Shown: positions 38,061 to 51,963, counted from the first letter of the whole stretch. The stretch: DNA of 63,935 nucleotides, filler included, from Craspedostauros australis (GCA_030167865.1; 8 parts of 8 records of this genome joined end to end with filler, not necessarily neighbours in it); one strand, 5' to 3'. Notes: generated from the sequence alone by a model not told the origin. Numbers and translations are program-made.

Positions 38061-40105
38061 TCATACCATGGCGACTTTGGCCGTGGCACTTCGCTTTGTC
38101 TGTTCTTGCTGTTTTTGTTCGCCAGCATCACCGCCAGCAGGAATCACCCCTTCCGCATCATCGAGCATGCCCTCCTCACCTTCGTCGTCGTCGTCATCAT
38201 CATCATGATCGTCGTCGCCATCATGGTCGCCGTTTTTCAGCGCGCAGCTCGTGCCCGTTTGCTTGTTCTGAACAATCGCCATCGCGATACTTTGCGATTC
38301 CGGATTGTCGTCCTCACCCACGATGTAACCGGTCTCCGTGTACTGGTCGAACAGGCGCCCCATGAAGCGCGCATTCCAAATCAAGAAGCTGGCGACGCAG
38401 ATGCCCACCAGGCTGCCGTTCTCCACGAGGACCTTGGCGGAGTACGAGAAGGCGTTCGTGACGACGCTGCCCAGGGCCTTGCTGCCTCTGGCGCCGAATA
38501 TGTCGATCCACGATTTGGCCTTGTACCGCACGGCCGGGCTGGTGGGTTGGTACAGGATTTCCTTCGTGGGATTGTTGAGCGCGTAGCTGCAGGCCTTGAG
38601 CATGATCATGGCCGCGAAGACGACTTGCAACGTTGGTCGTAACCGCACGCAGATGATGACGATGAGGCACAGCGATGGGAAGAGGAGCAGGGTGGTGCGC
38701 AGGCCGAGATACCGAATGACCGCGGACGTTCCCAGGAGGCTGAAGAGGAAGCTGAGGCTGTTGGTGGCGACGCCGAACAATCCCATGAAGGACGCGATGG
38801 CGTTGGTGGCCTCCTTGGTGAGACCGAATTCGCCCGTCTCGGCGTCGTAGCACGGATCGGACATGTCGCACGGGTACTCGGTGGAGAAGAATTCCTTGGC
38901 CAGGACCTTGAGCATGAAGTCGATGATGGTGACCTCCACCATGAAGAGGCAGCTGATGGCGAAGATACCCTTGACGTAATTGTGCTTGTAGAAGAGGACG
39001 AGGCCCTCCAGGATGCCTGCCTTTTGCTTCTTCGCGGGTTTGCTGCCGGCCGGCGATCCCGCCGCTTGCTCCTCCTTCTCCTGCCTCTGCTCGGCGGAGC
39101 CGTAGTTCTGGATGTAGTTGTACATGCTGGCCTGCAGCAGCAGCATGCACATGGCACCCAGCATGTAGCAGTTGGCCGGTCCCCAGACCTCTGCATAGCG
39201 ATTGACGATGGCCGGTCCGATGATGGATCCTATCTGCGCCGTCGCCACCATGACGCCGTAGCTGGCCTTGGCGGTCTCCAGGGAAATATTGGAGTTGGCG
39301 AAGGACCAGAAGAGGCTGACCATGACGCTTCCGAAGCTCTCGATGGAGCAGTAGCTGATCCAACCCAGCAGCCTGGCCTCCGACTGGATCTGGTTGTCAA
39401 TGCCGATGGTGGGGTGCCTGAGCAAGAGAGCGATGACCGTGAAGAGGCAGAAGTAGAAGGATCCGAAGATGTAGAAGAGCTGATGCTTGGGCAGGCTGCT
39501 GTCGAGGAGGTGATTGTAGATGGAAACGACGCCCAGCACGACGAAGACGGAGAGCATCTTCGCCTTGGGGATGGCCTGGACGCCACACAGCGTCATGAGC
39601 ACGGTGTCCTTGAGCGAACGCAGCAACCAGTAGCCACCGATCATGAAGAAGAGCGTCATTGCCAGCGTGAGCGTTCGGATCATCTCCGACGGCGGCAACT
39701 TGTCACCGTATAGACGCTTGTAGATTTTCAGCAGCTTTCGCTCGCCGGATCCCATCAGCCGATCGAACCGCGATCCCCTGAGCTCATCCAGCGGAACGTC
39801 CAGCACTTCATCGTCCTTGTCGTGAACATTTTTGGGCAATACGTCGAGGTGGCTGTAGATGTCGCCTCCCTTGCTCACTTTGCCCGTGAGGTTGGCGGCT
39901 CCTTCATCACCGAATCCCTCCGCATCGGTATGTTCAGGCGGAGCATTGGCCGATTCCAGGGCCATCGTCGTCCACTGCTTGTCGGAGCTGCCGCCTTCAT
40001 TTTCGCTTTGCGGACGCAGGGAGTCGGACATCCTCTTTGCCTCAGGGGAACTCATGGGGTACGGATCCCTCCGCTCCAATGGCGACGGTGATTGCGATGA
40101 TGATG
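38061..40105 (-). CDS. TLC/NTT-family nucleotide (ATP/ADP-type) transporter; frame open into the linker
   Basis: [32 protein letters not shown] and [16 protein letters not shown] motifs; ~12 TM; acidic C-tail. First visible ATG is at 40055. Confidence 0.9.
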
Positions 40106-40205
40106 NNNNNNNNNNNNNNNNNNNNNNNNNNNNNNNNNNNNNNNNNNNNTTAATTAATTAANNNNNNNNNNNNNNNNNNNNNNNNNNNNNNNNNNNNNNN
40201 NNNNN

Positions 40206-40612
40206 CTCACACACTCTCACACACTCTCACACACTCTCTCTCTCACACACACACTAACCCTCGCACTCAAACACACACTCAAACACACACACACACTAAC
40301 CCTCGCACTCAGACACACCCTCGCACTCAGACACACACTCACACTCACACTCAGACACACACTCACACTCACACTCACACTCAGACACACACTCAGACAC
40401 ACACTCAGACACACACTCAGACACACACAGTCACAGCGAACAACACACAACGACTGTACACACACTACACAACACAGACTACACACTCACACAGTCACAG
40501 CGAACAACACACAACGACTGTACACACACTACACAACACAGACTACACACTCACATTCACAACGCACAACGAACGATGTACAGACCAATGACTGTACACA
40601 CACACACACACA
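40206..40612 (+). repeat. CA-rich degenerate tandem repeats (CACTCAGACACA-like, CTAACCCTCG, 64-bp duplication)
   Basis: Directly visible. The 64-bp period runs between 40428 and 40492. Confidence 0.85.
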
Positions 40613-40894
40613 ACCAAACGGACGAAGGGCAGACCAATTATCCACAATCCAGTACACTACGGACGACGTACGGACGGTAATGTACACCATATCGCCATTT
40701 CCCGCAACTCCCAAATGTACCACCAAATGCCCATGTCCCACACCTCCCAAAATACCCCTAATCAACACCAAAATAGTGACAAACTTCAACACCCCGCAGC
40801 TCGCTCAATATCCACCTGTTGACAAAATCGAGCGTCCCTACAACCGCCCAAGACCCCCCTCCACACCACCAACAACAAAAGAACCAAAAATATC

Positions 40895-41012
40895 AACCTT
40901 GACTTTCAGAGGTTCCGGCTTTTATAAACCCTAACTTAAAAAACTGAGCCCTTGACTTTCAGGGGTTCAGGTTTCTGTGAAGCCTAAACCCTAACCCTAA
41001 TTAGCCCTAACT
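40895..41012 (+). repeat. Short direct repeat plus cluster of CCCTAA telomere-like hexamers
   Basis: CCTTGACTTTCAG.GGTTC occurs twice, followed by AAACCCTAACCCTAATTAGCCCTAA. Confidence 0.7.
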
Positions 41013-41534
41013 TTGAACTTTTCGATCGCTGTCATAGTGTCCACACGAGAAACCAATGAAACCCTAATGCACGAGGAAATAACACTGTGACGTAGGACGG
41101 CCAGACCAATGTTTGGGTTGGTTGACGGTCGACGTACAGACGTATGTATGGGCACACAATAAGGTACGTACGACGTACAGAAGTTAATGTGTGGAAAATG
41201 ATCCGCAACTCCCAGACAACACGACATACTACGAGCCAAGCGGTACATCGTGTTAAACATGTTCACCATGCTACACCATGATGATCACATTTCCACGCAC
41301 ATCCACTTGTACACACACACGTCAACACGTCCATACACACAAGTCAACACTTCTATCACCTTCAACGGACCTCTACAACGTGCAATATCAATGATCAACG
41401 TAACAATGACAAGAACCCAAAAAACCCAAACCAACGATAACACTAACAAAAACCAAATCCAAATCCAAAATCTCTGACACCAGTACAGATTCTATGGAAT
41501 CCTCAAATAGGACGAGAACAGCAGCAAACCGACC

Positions 41535-43957
41535 ATGACGTCAAAAAACGGCACAAGTTTGAAGCAACATCCCAACGATAAGGAGCACTCTACGAACCAA
41601 AGCATGGCATCAGGAACAGCAGGGGGACCCAAACCACCTCCAGAGCCAGATCCGAAGGTTGTGGAGGCAGAACTGATGGAGAAACAGAACAGAATAGCCA
41701 TCCAGTGGCATGAACCGGAGACATCACGATGGAAAAGCTCCCAAAGCGGGTGGCAGAGAACGCCAAGGCAATCAAAGCGACCGACGTCTACGACGAGGGT
41801 CCATCCTCCCTGCACGACAGAGCCAAACGGATGTACATCCAGAAAGCGGAGTGGGAAGGGAAGGACATGGCCAAAGCGTTGGCACACATGCCAAGCACGC
41901 AGGAACTCGCAGAATTTTTCCAGAAGGTGATGGACGGGCAAACGAACAAATTCGGCACACACCGAGTGGCTCAGGACGCTCCCCAACGGGTGAAAATCAA
42001 GCAATTGGTTGCGGACCTCTCCAAAACAGACCCGGCCGAATGCTTCAAGATGGAGCTGCACGCAGATGGCAAGTCCATGACGCGAAACCAAATGACACTG
42101 GCATGGGCGGCAGCGGTACAATACATGGGATGCCAATTCTCAGATGTCGTAATGGCACAGGAAGCATCTTCGGACAGCGACGACGACATGGACGGAATCC
42201 AACTGGAGTCGATACTGGTCAAACGAACAAGGCAGACAGCGCTCACGCAACACGTGGTCAAGACACCCCCAAAACACAAAGTGAGAGTGATAGCGCCAGA
42301 TGACACGTCCAACACCGAAGTACCAGAAGACAAGGATCCCACCAATAAGGAACCATGGGTCCGCGTGAGAGCCTCCTCTGTCCAAATGATGGCAACCCCC
42401 AAAAGGAAGTTCAATGAACGATTCGACCTCCGGCTGACCATTCCAAAGAACTCATCCACACCAATCCGAGACTTCCAATCCAGATTCGAACTATGGTTCG
42501 ACCATGCTCTGACCATTGAACCAAAGTTGGTCATATACCCATGGTACAAACGCCACAAGTCTGCAGGCACTATCTCAGACAGCGAGCCAATCCCCACGAA
42601 CTGGGACGAACTCAAGAAGTTTGTGTGCCGAGCGAAACCCAACCCAAAAGAGACAGACGTCTACATGCAACTAGAACTGGGAGGCGGCCAGAACCTGAAT
42701 GCACTCACAAGCCAACGAGCGGAAATGGAGGGCAGATACGCAACAGGAGAATACGCGTACGTCAGGGACCTAAAGGACGCGGAGAACATCACCGACGTAG
42801 GCTTCCTAGCATACTCAGGAAATTTCACCAACGCAAAGCAGACCATCGGAGTGATCAACAAACTCCTGGAGAAAATCCAGCCCAAGCTGGAGGTAGGAGG
42901 AAGGACCAAATTCCTAGGACAGGTGTCGGACGAAGCAAGAGATGAACACAAAAAGAATGGAGGCACATGGATAAACACTCCGTGGGTGGCCTTACATCTC
43001 CATGCGAACACCATGCAAGCCTGGAAAGTAGCGAAAGCTCTGGGCAAGGTGTTCAACACAAAAGGGGCCGACCGAGGAGGGTTGAACTACAGGTTCGTAC
43101 CAAACCCAGGAACAGCCACCATCGGCGCCGACACCGCGACGAAGCTCAGAAAGATGACACGAAAGCACCAACGCTATGTCAAGCAGCTCAAACGGTTCAG
43201 ACTGGACGGAGACGTAATGCTGGACACCAAAGACGAGCGCACAGGGACAACCACCCTGTGGGAGTTCCTCAGTACACAACAAACGCCGGAAGAAAACCCG
43301 TTTATCCACAATGTCAGCACCACACACATGATAGGCAGAGACGAAGACGCATTGAGCATCGTAGCATTCGACGACCGCTATGACCAAGCCAAGAATGTCC
43401 TCAACTCCATCGCCATCCGATGCAGAACGGAGATCAACGAGTCTACAGACGTCTGGTTTGATGACAACATCCTGGAGATGAGTGCGGGGTACGCCAAGGA
43501 CGCCACAGGGAAAGGATACGAAGATGTGGAGTTCGAAGGAGAATTGGACTTCATCATGGACGAAGAGATGGGAGAAGTGGAGATAGAAGGGATGGAAGAG
43601 ATCCAAGATGACTTGCCAACAGGATCCCCAGTGGGCAAAAAGCCCCGGCTAGAGGACGAATCCTACCAAACATTCTGCTCGGAATGCGGGAAGTCACGAG
43701 CATCCACCATCTACAGTGTCGTGGAATCCGTTGATGACAGGGAGGGAGTGAAGCAAGATGAGTTGTCAACAGTCATGAGGCAGGCACGCAAAGCACAACA
43801 AGCCGAGGTCAACAGAAAGAAGCTGGAGAAGCAATGACAAGAGCTCATTGAGAAAGACCGCATCATCGAGGAGTTAAGGGCAAAGCATGCAGAAGCAGAG
43901 CCCAACCACTCCGGGATCCCCAGCTCAAGCACGGCAGGGGGCCAATCTCAAGATTAA
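41535..43957 (+). pseudogene. Retrotransposon ORF1 (frameshift ~41715, premature TGA 43835-43837)
   Basis: 702-aa ORF 41729-43837. An upstream part lies in another frame, and a coiled-coil-like read-through continues to TAA 43957. Confidence 0.7.
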
Positions 43958-44042
43958 CGACAGGCTGGAGGGCGGGGAAGCATCAACACCCACCACCACA
44001 AGCATAACGGATGCACCTGGGGAGAAAGTGTGTCGGAATTAG

Positions 44043-47000
44043 CACGACCTCCAGGTCTCCTACTGGGGTGACAACCCTCGCGACAAAGGGCGCCAAGCAA
44101 TACGAATAGGGGCCCTCAACATGGGTTGTCTTCCGGAAGAGACTGGTCACTGGAAGAACCGCGACACATGGGAGTGGACAAAGATAATGCAGCTCGACAT
44201 GATACCGTTCTCCGAAATCGGGTTGAACTGGTCCAAGGTAGCCAAAACGCCACTCGCGGCATGCGCGAGTCAAGGGACAGTTCAACTCGTGGCGCCAAAC
44301 CATGGCACACAACAAACAAGAGAAGATGGGGCCCATATGGCAATGGGGAGGAACAGGATTCCTGCTCGTCAACAATGCAGCAGGACGGCACAAAACCTCA
44401 GAGGACGACCCAAGGAAGCTGGGGAGGTGGTCCAACATGACGCTCTGGGGGCGAGACGACAAAGCTGTACGAGTCGTAAGTGTCTACATCCCCACAAAGT
44501 CAGGGAAAGGGCCGCGCACAGTCGCAAACCAACAGGCAGCATGGCTGGAATCCCAGGGAATCACGACCCCGCCAATCACGGTGCTTCTGGAAGACCTCGC
44601 GGTCGAGATACAAAAATGTCACAGTCAAGGGGAAACGGTAATCCTCGGCGGCGACATCAACATGAAGGTGACGAACTCGCAAATGGCGACAATGTTGCAC
44701 AGGCAAGGACTAAAAGAAGCAGTACTCAGCAAACATCCACAAACAGCTCCAGTCTCCACCCACATACGCGCAGAGACTGACAGAGTCATCGACAGCATCT
44801 GGGTCTCTGATTCGGTGGTGATCCAGCAAGCAGGATACAGCAAGTTCGGGAGCTGGGATCACCGCACGGCATGGATAGAAATATCCGGCGAGTCAATTTT
44901 TGGAGCCCACAGCAGACCAACGAAAAAGTTCGAGGGCAGGCGCTTACAGACCAACAAACTGGCCACACTGCTCAGATACCAAAAGCAGTGGAATCAGGAT
45001 ACAACACAACAAAGCCAGGCTTCCACAACGAGCGGCGACCGTGCTAAAAGAAGTATGATGCAAACCAGACCAAACAGACGCACTCATCGAGGAGATCAAA
45101 AGCATTGACAGGGCACGAGCAGAGATCATGCTACAAGCAGAGAAAGGATCCCGACGAGTATTCGCAGGGCGAGTGCCGTACTCACCAACAATAAAAACAG
45201 CAGCCATGAAGAAGAAATTATGGGAGATCGCGTGGAAAAGAAGGCAAGGAGCAAGGGTCAGCGCACAGTGGTACGATCGCGTTAAGAAGCAACCAGGCAT
45301 ACGACAACCGACAGCGCACCTCACCCAGGCAGAAATCCAGCAAAGACGCAAAGTGGCGCACGAACACTGGAAACAGGTAAAGCGCGAAGCCTTTGAGCAC
45401 CGACGCACGTTCCTGGAACACCGAGCAGACGAGATGGCCGAAGCCGGCAACACCTGCGCAAGCACTGCGCTGGCAGTACTCATAGCAAGGGAGGAGACCG
45501 CCAAAACGTTTCGCTCCATCAAGCGTGCGATCCAGGGAGACTCCAGTGGAAGCAAAGTCACAATGGTCATAGCCACCGACAGAGCAGGAGAATAACAGAC
45601 GTACAGCAAGGAACAAGATGTCATCGCCCAATGCATGAAAGCCAACGAGCACAAATACAGACAGGCATACATGACGCCGCTGCAAACAGACAGCTTCAAG
45701 AGGAGCCTGGCGCAAGGCGGGATCGACCACGCCGCGAGACGACACAGGAGCTCCATGGACCAGCACACTCAGGCTCTTCTCGAGCAGCTGCAGTCCGCCA
45801 GTCTAGCGCCATTATGGGACGAACATCGATTGGAAATACCGGTAAAGGAGCACCAGCAGGCTTGGGCACGAGCCCGAGAGCGTACGGCTTCAGGGCCCTC
45901 AGGATTGCACTTCGGAACATGAAAAGCGAACGCGAAAGTCCTCGAGGTAGCCGCCACCGACGCAGCCATGCACGAGATATCCCTACGAACTGGATACGAC
46001 CTGAAGAGATGGCTCCAATGCTCAGATATCACCCTACTGAAGGAGGAAGGCAACTTCAGAGTCGACCAATTCCGAACCATCAGTTTGGTCGAAGGTGACT
46101 TCAACGCCAACCTGAAGAAGATCGGAAGGGAGATGATGAGCCACGTCGAAGCCAACAGTCTGCTCCCAGAGGAACAATACGGCAGTCGCAAGCAACGGAG
46201 CGCCGCCGAAGTAAGTCTGAACAACCAGCTGACCATCAACATCATCAGAAGCACAGGGCGAACGAGTTTTGTCTGCTCCAACAACGCGAAGAGCTGCTAC
46301 AATCGAATGGCACATGTGCCCCTTCACCTGAGCATGCGCGGAATCGGAGTGCCACCAACGGTGGGAGCGAGTGTGATAGCTGCAGTGGAAGCAATGAGGC
46401 ATCACGTACTCCCAGGGTACGGGCTATCAAGGGACACCTACCCCAAAAAGGGGCCCAAGCTCCAAGGTCTACTTCAGAGACTCGGGATATCGCCAGCAGG
46501 ATGGGTAGCCATGAGCTTGCCCTTGATGAAGACCATGGCAGATAAAGGCTATGGGTTTTCCACGGAGCACCCAGTGACAAACGAGGCCACAAAACTGGTC
46601 TGCTTCTCATTTGTAGATGACACAGACATCATACACACAATCCAAGAGGACGCAGCCAACGCGGAAGCATGCATGGCAGAGATACAGCAAGTGGTGGAAA
46701 CGTGGGAGGGTATGCTCTGAGCCACAGGCGGGGCTCTCGAACCACGGAAAAGCCACTGGTATCTCCTGGCATTCAAATGGAACAGCACGGAATGGATACA
46801 CTGCAGCGAAGAGGAGATCCTGGGCAGCATCAGCATCCGACAGCCAGACAGCGCGGAACGATCAACGCTGCTACGACTGCCCGTCGACCAAGCAAGAAAG
46901 GCTCTTGGAGTAATGGTGCGTCATGACGGGGTGCAGCAGGACAACGCGGAAATGTACACGCAGAAAGCTTGGAAATGGGCCGACGCAATAAGATGAGGCG

Positions 47001-49606
47001 GGCTGCTCCGAGGACAGGCAAAGGTAGCTCTACACGCTACCATCATGAAAACCTTGGAGTACCCCCTAGCAAGCGCGACGTTTACGAAGGAAGAGTCCGA
47101 ACGGATTATGCGCTCCATGCTACAATCGGCGCTCCCTGCGACGGGAGTCCAACAGAACGTATCGCGAGCGCTGGTCTTTGGTCCGCGAAGACGATTTGGA
47201 TTGGGAACACCACACATATATCATACGCAAGTCACACGGAACGTCGAGGAAATCACCAAGCATTGAACCAGAGCACGATCACAGGGAAACTGATGCGCAA
47301 CGTCATGGGCACCCTGGAGCTGCAGGCTGGCATGGATCAAGTATTCACCAGGATGCTGAGCCAATGGCAAGGAGCGCTGCCAGACTCTTGGATGAAGGCA
47401 GTATGGGCCGAACTCAACCACGTTGAGGTCACCCTTCGGTTCGAAACATCACCACTGACGCCGCCAAGGGAAGGGGACTCGTTCATCATGGAATGCATAC
47501 TCTCCCTCAACCTGTCCAAGGCGGAGCTCCATGCAGTCAACCTGTGCCGATTGGCGAAACAGGTACTGTGGGTTTCCGACATTGCGAATGTGCAAGGGGA
47601 CGAAGTACTAACGGCCTCCACCTCTCCAGGACTAACGCCTCTCCGGAAAAGCAGCATATGATGGCCGCGCGTCGGAGAACCATCGCCACGGCAGTGGAAG
47701 GAATGGTCACAGGTTATTGGCCGATGCTTCCCGTCCACCAGAGGGCCATCCAGAACGATATCCCCACCTCTCGGAGAGTGGCAAAACTACAGCTCTGAAA
47801 ACCCCCAGTACATGTACGATCTGGGCGCAGACAGAATCACACCCATAGACCAGGCGGGAGTGTACTATAGACGGGTCCCGCGCAGGGGATGCAGGAGGGA
47901 GTACACACAAACCGTCGGCACCGCTACCCAGGGCACGCAGCCTGTGGATGGATACACCAGCGGGTCGAGCTTGGCAGTCGCAGGACACTCTCCAGGCATA
48001 GTCGCCCAGCCGCCACCGCCAATTCGGGACCTCGCAGCAACATTCCAGCATCTCTCGGACTCGTCAGCGTGGGCGATCGAGGCATGGGACATCGTGGGAG
48101 ACGAGAAAGTGCTTGGAGACGCCATCAGGAATGGAACACTCACCGCATGCAGCGACATTTCGGTAGCTGATGGGCGAGGAGCAGCAGGAGCAGTGATCAC
48201 AGGCGAGACCCACAACCAAATGGCCAAGCTGTGGTTAACCTGCAGGACCCCACGCAGCAGCGACACAATGCAGTCCTACAGGGCGGAGCTATCAGGTCTG
48301 TACAGCCTTATGGTGACGATCCAATGCATATGCGACTCCCAGGGAGTTATGTCAGGACGAGCGGTCGTCGGGTGCGGCAACATCGGCGCGCTCAAGGCGC
48401 TGGATGTTACTTGGCACTTGACGCCCAGGTCCTCCGATGCTGACCTAATGCGGGTCACCCGCAACAAAATGCTGCAGCTATCGATCAGCATTGAGGGAAG
48501 GCATGTGAAGGGGCACCAAGATGACGGCAAGCAGTGGCACGAGCTCGACGACTGGGCAAGAATGAACGTGGAAGCCGACAGGTTGGCTGGGGCCCAGAGA
48601 AGAGTCAGCGGCGACACCATACCCTATGACGGCATCATCGAAGGCGAGGAAGTATACTTTTTCAGGTGTATGAAGATAACCTCGGTGTGTTATGAACACA
48701 TAGCCGAGGAAGGTCTGACCAAAGCAATATTCGAGGTACTGCGAAACAGGAAAGTGGTGGACCGGGCAGAAGAATTCAGTTGGCCGGCAGTGGGAAGGGC
48801 CATCACAGGCCTCGATCACACCAGCGCAATGCTGACGTTCAAATTGGTCACCGGAGAAGCGGCAGTGGGGAAAAGGATGAAGCAGTGGGGGCTCCGGACG
48901 TCCAGCCAGTGCCCCAGCTGCAAGGCAGAGGAAGTCCAGGCGCACATCTGGTCCTGCCCCGCCGAGCACAGGGCGGAAGCGACCGCCAAGCACCTGCAGG
49001 ATATCCGCATGTGGATGGCGAAATATCCAACGAGCCCACAGGTCACTGCAGCCATAACAGCCATGCTGAGAAGCCAGCTGGCAGGGACAGTACATCTTCA
49101 GGCGGCACCTGCGAGCAGTGCGCTGACCGAGGCGATAGAGCAGCAGCGGCGAATCGGGAACGTGTCTCTTTCCCGTGGGCTGATTGGCACAAAGTGGGTG
49201 GAACTGCAAGCGGTGTTTCTGGCGAGCCAAGGATCGCAACGATCGCCCCTAACATGGGGGGGCGGAGCTGGCCCGAAGCATATGGCGAATAGCGTGGGAG
49301 CAATGGCGGCTTCGAAACCATGACATGTTCAATGAAGCCGAGTCAGGTGAGCAGGAGATGATGGAGGCCATGCGAGACAGGTTGGAAGACCTGGCAAGCA
49401 TGCTCCAAGCCGACAACGCCATCCACCAGCGAGTGTTGGCAGCACGTCCAGGACGCGAGTCTGATGCTGCAAGCGTGGCACTGTGGATGGAGCGGCCGGC
49501 GAGACTGCTACGCGCCAACCTGGCGACAGGCCTGCTACTCAAGTGGATGCAAGTCCACTCGAAGACGGGATTCCAACTACGCCGCAAGGACGAGCCCAAC
49601 AAGTGA
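44043..49606 (+). pseudogene. Retrotransposon ORF2: AP endonuclease, reverse transcriptase, RNase H, Cys/His knuckle; many stops and frameshifts
   Basis: APE: IRIGALN, SEIGLNW, VVSVYIP, ILGGDIN, IDSIWVS, DHRTAW. RT: RERTASGPSGLHFG, FRTISLVEGDFN, PEEQYGSRK, SNNAKSCYNR, FVDDTD. RNase H: ACSD, SYRAELSG, HVKGHQD, NVEADRLA. Knuckle: CPSC..HIWSC. Confidence 0.9.
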
Positions 49607-49771
49607 GAACAAGAACAATACATGCACGAAGGTGCTTAGCACCAAACCTTCAGATTCCGTACCCTCTCCAGGTGTCCCACCTGGAGTTGAAAGAAGGCGG
49701 AGAAAAGCGTCGCCGACGCAGTCGAAGCATAGGACCGACTAATCTATGAGTTATTTATTAATTCATTTATT

Positions 49772-51050
49772 CCTATACCCCACCCCCAACCGACCAACTA
49801 ACTTTGGCATGCATTGCCAAAACTAACCCTTGATACAAATTCATCACCCATTTACCCTTGATACAAATTCATCACACATTAACCCTTCATACAAGTTCAT
49901 CACACATTAACCCTTGGTACAAATTCATCACACATTAACCCTTGGTACAAGTTCATCACACATTAACCCTTGGTACAAATTCATCACACATTAACCCTTG
50001 GTACAAATTCATCACACATTAAGCCTTGATACAAGTTCATAAAGCCCCAACACCCTAACCCTTGTCATCACTCACCATACAACACACATTGGCCAAAATC
50101 TATTCCTATACCCCACCCCCAACCACGCAACTAACTGCTGCAAGTATTGCCCAAACTAACCCTTGATACAAATTCATCACATACTAGCCCTTGATACAAA
50201 TTCATCACACATTAACCCTTGATACAAATTAATCACACATTAACACACATTGGCCAGTCTCTATTCCTATATCCCACCCCCAACCACGCAACTAACTCCT
50301 AAAAGTATTGCCCAACCTAACCCTTGATACAAATTCATCGCACATTAACACCCTAACAAGTTCATCAGCCATTCACCCTTGCCACAAGTTCATAAAGCAC
50401 CAACACCCTAACCCTTGTCATCACTCACCATACAACACATATTGGCCAATATCTATTCCTATACCCCACCCCCAACCACGCAACTAACTCCTGCAAGTAT
50501 TGCCCAAACTAACCCTTGATACAAGTTCATCACACATTAACCCTTGCTACAAGTTCATCACACATTAACCCTTGCTACAAGTTCATCACACATTAACCCT
50601 TGCTACAAGTTCATCACACATTAACCCTTGCCATCACTCACAGCACAACACACATTGGCCAATATCTATTACTATTCCTATACCCCACCCCCAACCACCC
50701 AACTAACTCCTGAAAGTATTGCCCAACCTAACCCTTGATACAAGTTCATCACACATTAACCCTTGATACAAGTTCATCACACATTAACCCTTGATACAAG
50801 TTCATCACACATTAACCCTTGATACAAGTTCATCACACATTAACTCTTGCCATCACTCACCATACAACACATATTGGCTGGTTTCTATTCCTATACCCCA
50901 CCCCCAACCAACCAACTAACTTTGGCATGTATTGCCCAAACTAACCCTTGATACAAATTCATCACACCCTAACCCTCGATACAAATTCGTAACACCCTAG
51001 CACCCTAGCACCCTAACCCTTGCCACAACTCACACCCTAACACCCCAACA
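49772..51050 (+). repeat. Higher-order satellite: 28-bp unit TTAACCCTTGATACAA[A/G]TTCATCACACA with a CCTATACCCCACCCCCAACC head, six blocks
   Basis: Heads at 49772, 50105, 50266, 50458, 50677 and 50890, each followed by about 2-8 28-mers. Confidence 0.93.
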
Positions 51051-51699
51051 TGCAGTGAACAGCTATTACCATCAGTCACCACACAAAAGCAAACACTGTC
51101 CAATATCCATCTCAGACACTCACACACACACACATCTCACACACCCAAAATGCAATGTACAGCAATTGCCATAACTCGCCACACAACACACACTTGCAGT
51201 CCCTCTCTCTCTCTCTCTCTCAACACCTCTGATCACCGTAGTCACACATCCAACAACTCCAGGAGATTTCCCACACCACGCATGACATGGCAGGAGCGTG
51301 GCACATATGGCTGTCAACTCCATGATGCTCGTTGCTACCGCCACACTCAAAGACTGATCATGATATGCCTTCCTTCCTGCCCATCCTGCTGTGGTGAATC
51401 CATACTGCAGTGGTGCTGACAACAGTGGCGTTGTCATCAACAATCACAGCCGCAGCAACGGTTCCAACAATGCCAACAACACAGGCAATTGTGGTGCCAC
51501 CAACCAGACCACTGATGCTGATACTGCTGCTCCCCCAGCAGCTCACGCCCCCCTCCTCCACCCGTCCCTGAGGCAGCTGCGGTGCCAACAGCCGCTCTTG
51601 TTCCCACTGACTATGTGGAGGTCCCTCCTGCACCTGAGGGATCCAATCCTGCTCGATCCAAGGCTGCCACCACTGCCAGAGCCTCTCCGTTGCCATGAC

Positions 51700-51963
51700 G
51701 GGCCTGTGCTCGCTCCTGACAACATTGTGACTCCTGGCAAGGGCACAGATCTCCCTGGCTATGCCGCACCTCCTGCAGATGTCAAGCTGGATCAGGTGTA
51801 CGGCGACCATGCCCACAACAACAACAACAATGACGGCTCCCACCTCCATGGTGGTGTTGGCAGAGATGCTGTGTGGCAGCAGTGCTGGGCTCGCATCGTC
51901 ATTGCGTTCTCCCCACAACAATACTTGGTCCCACATTGTTGCATTGGCCACAGATTCCTTCAC

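Larger units (their letters stand above)
41535..49771 (+). mobile_element. Degenerate non-LTR retrotransposon, ORF1 + APE-RT-RNaseH-Zn ORF2, Ambal-like
   Basis: Domain order and motifs are given in the ORF1/ORF2 entries. 3' tail TTATTTATTAATTCATTTATT at 49751-49771. The 5' end is not defined. Confidence 0.88.

Noticed and set aside
49772..51050. CRISPR-like array
   Set aside because: The 28-mers are head-to-tail with no unique spacers, there are no cas genes, and the context is eukaryotic.
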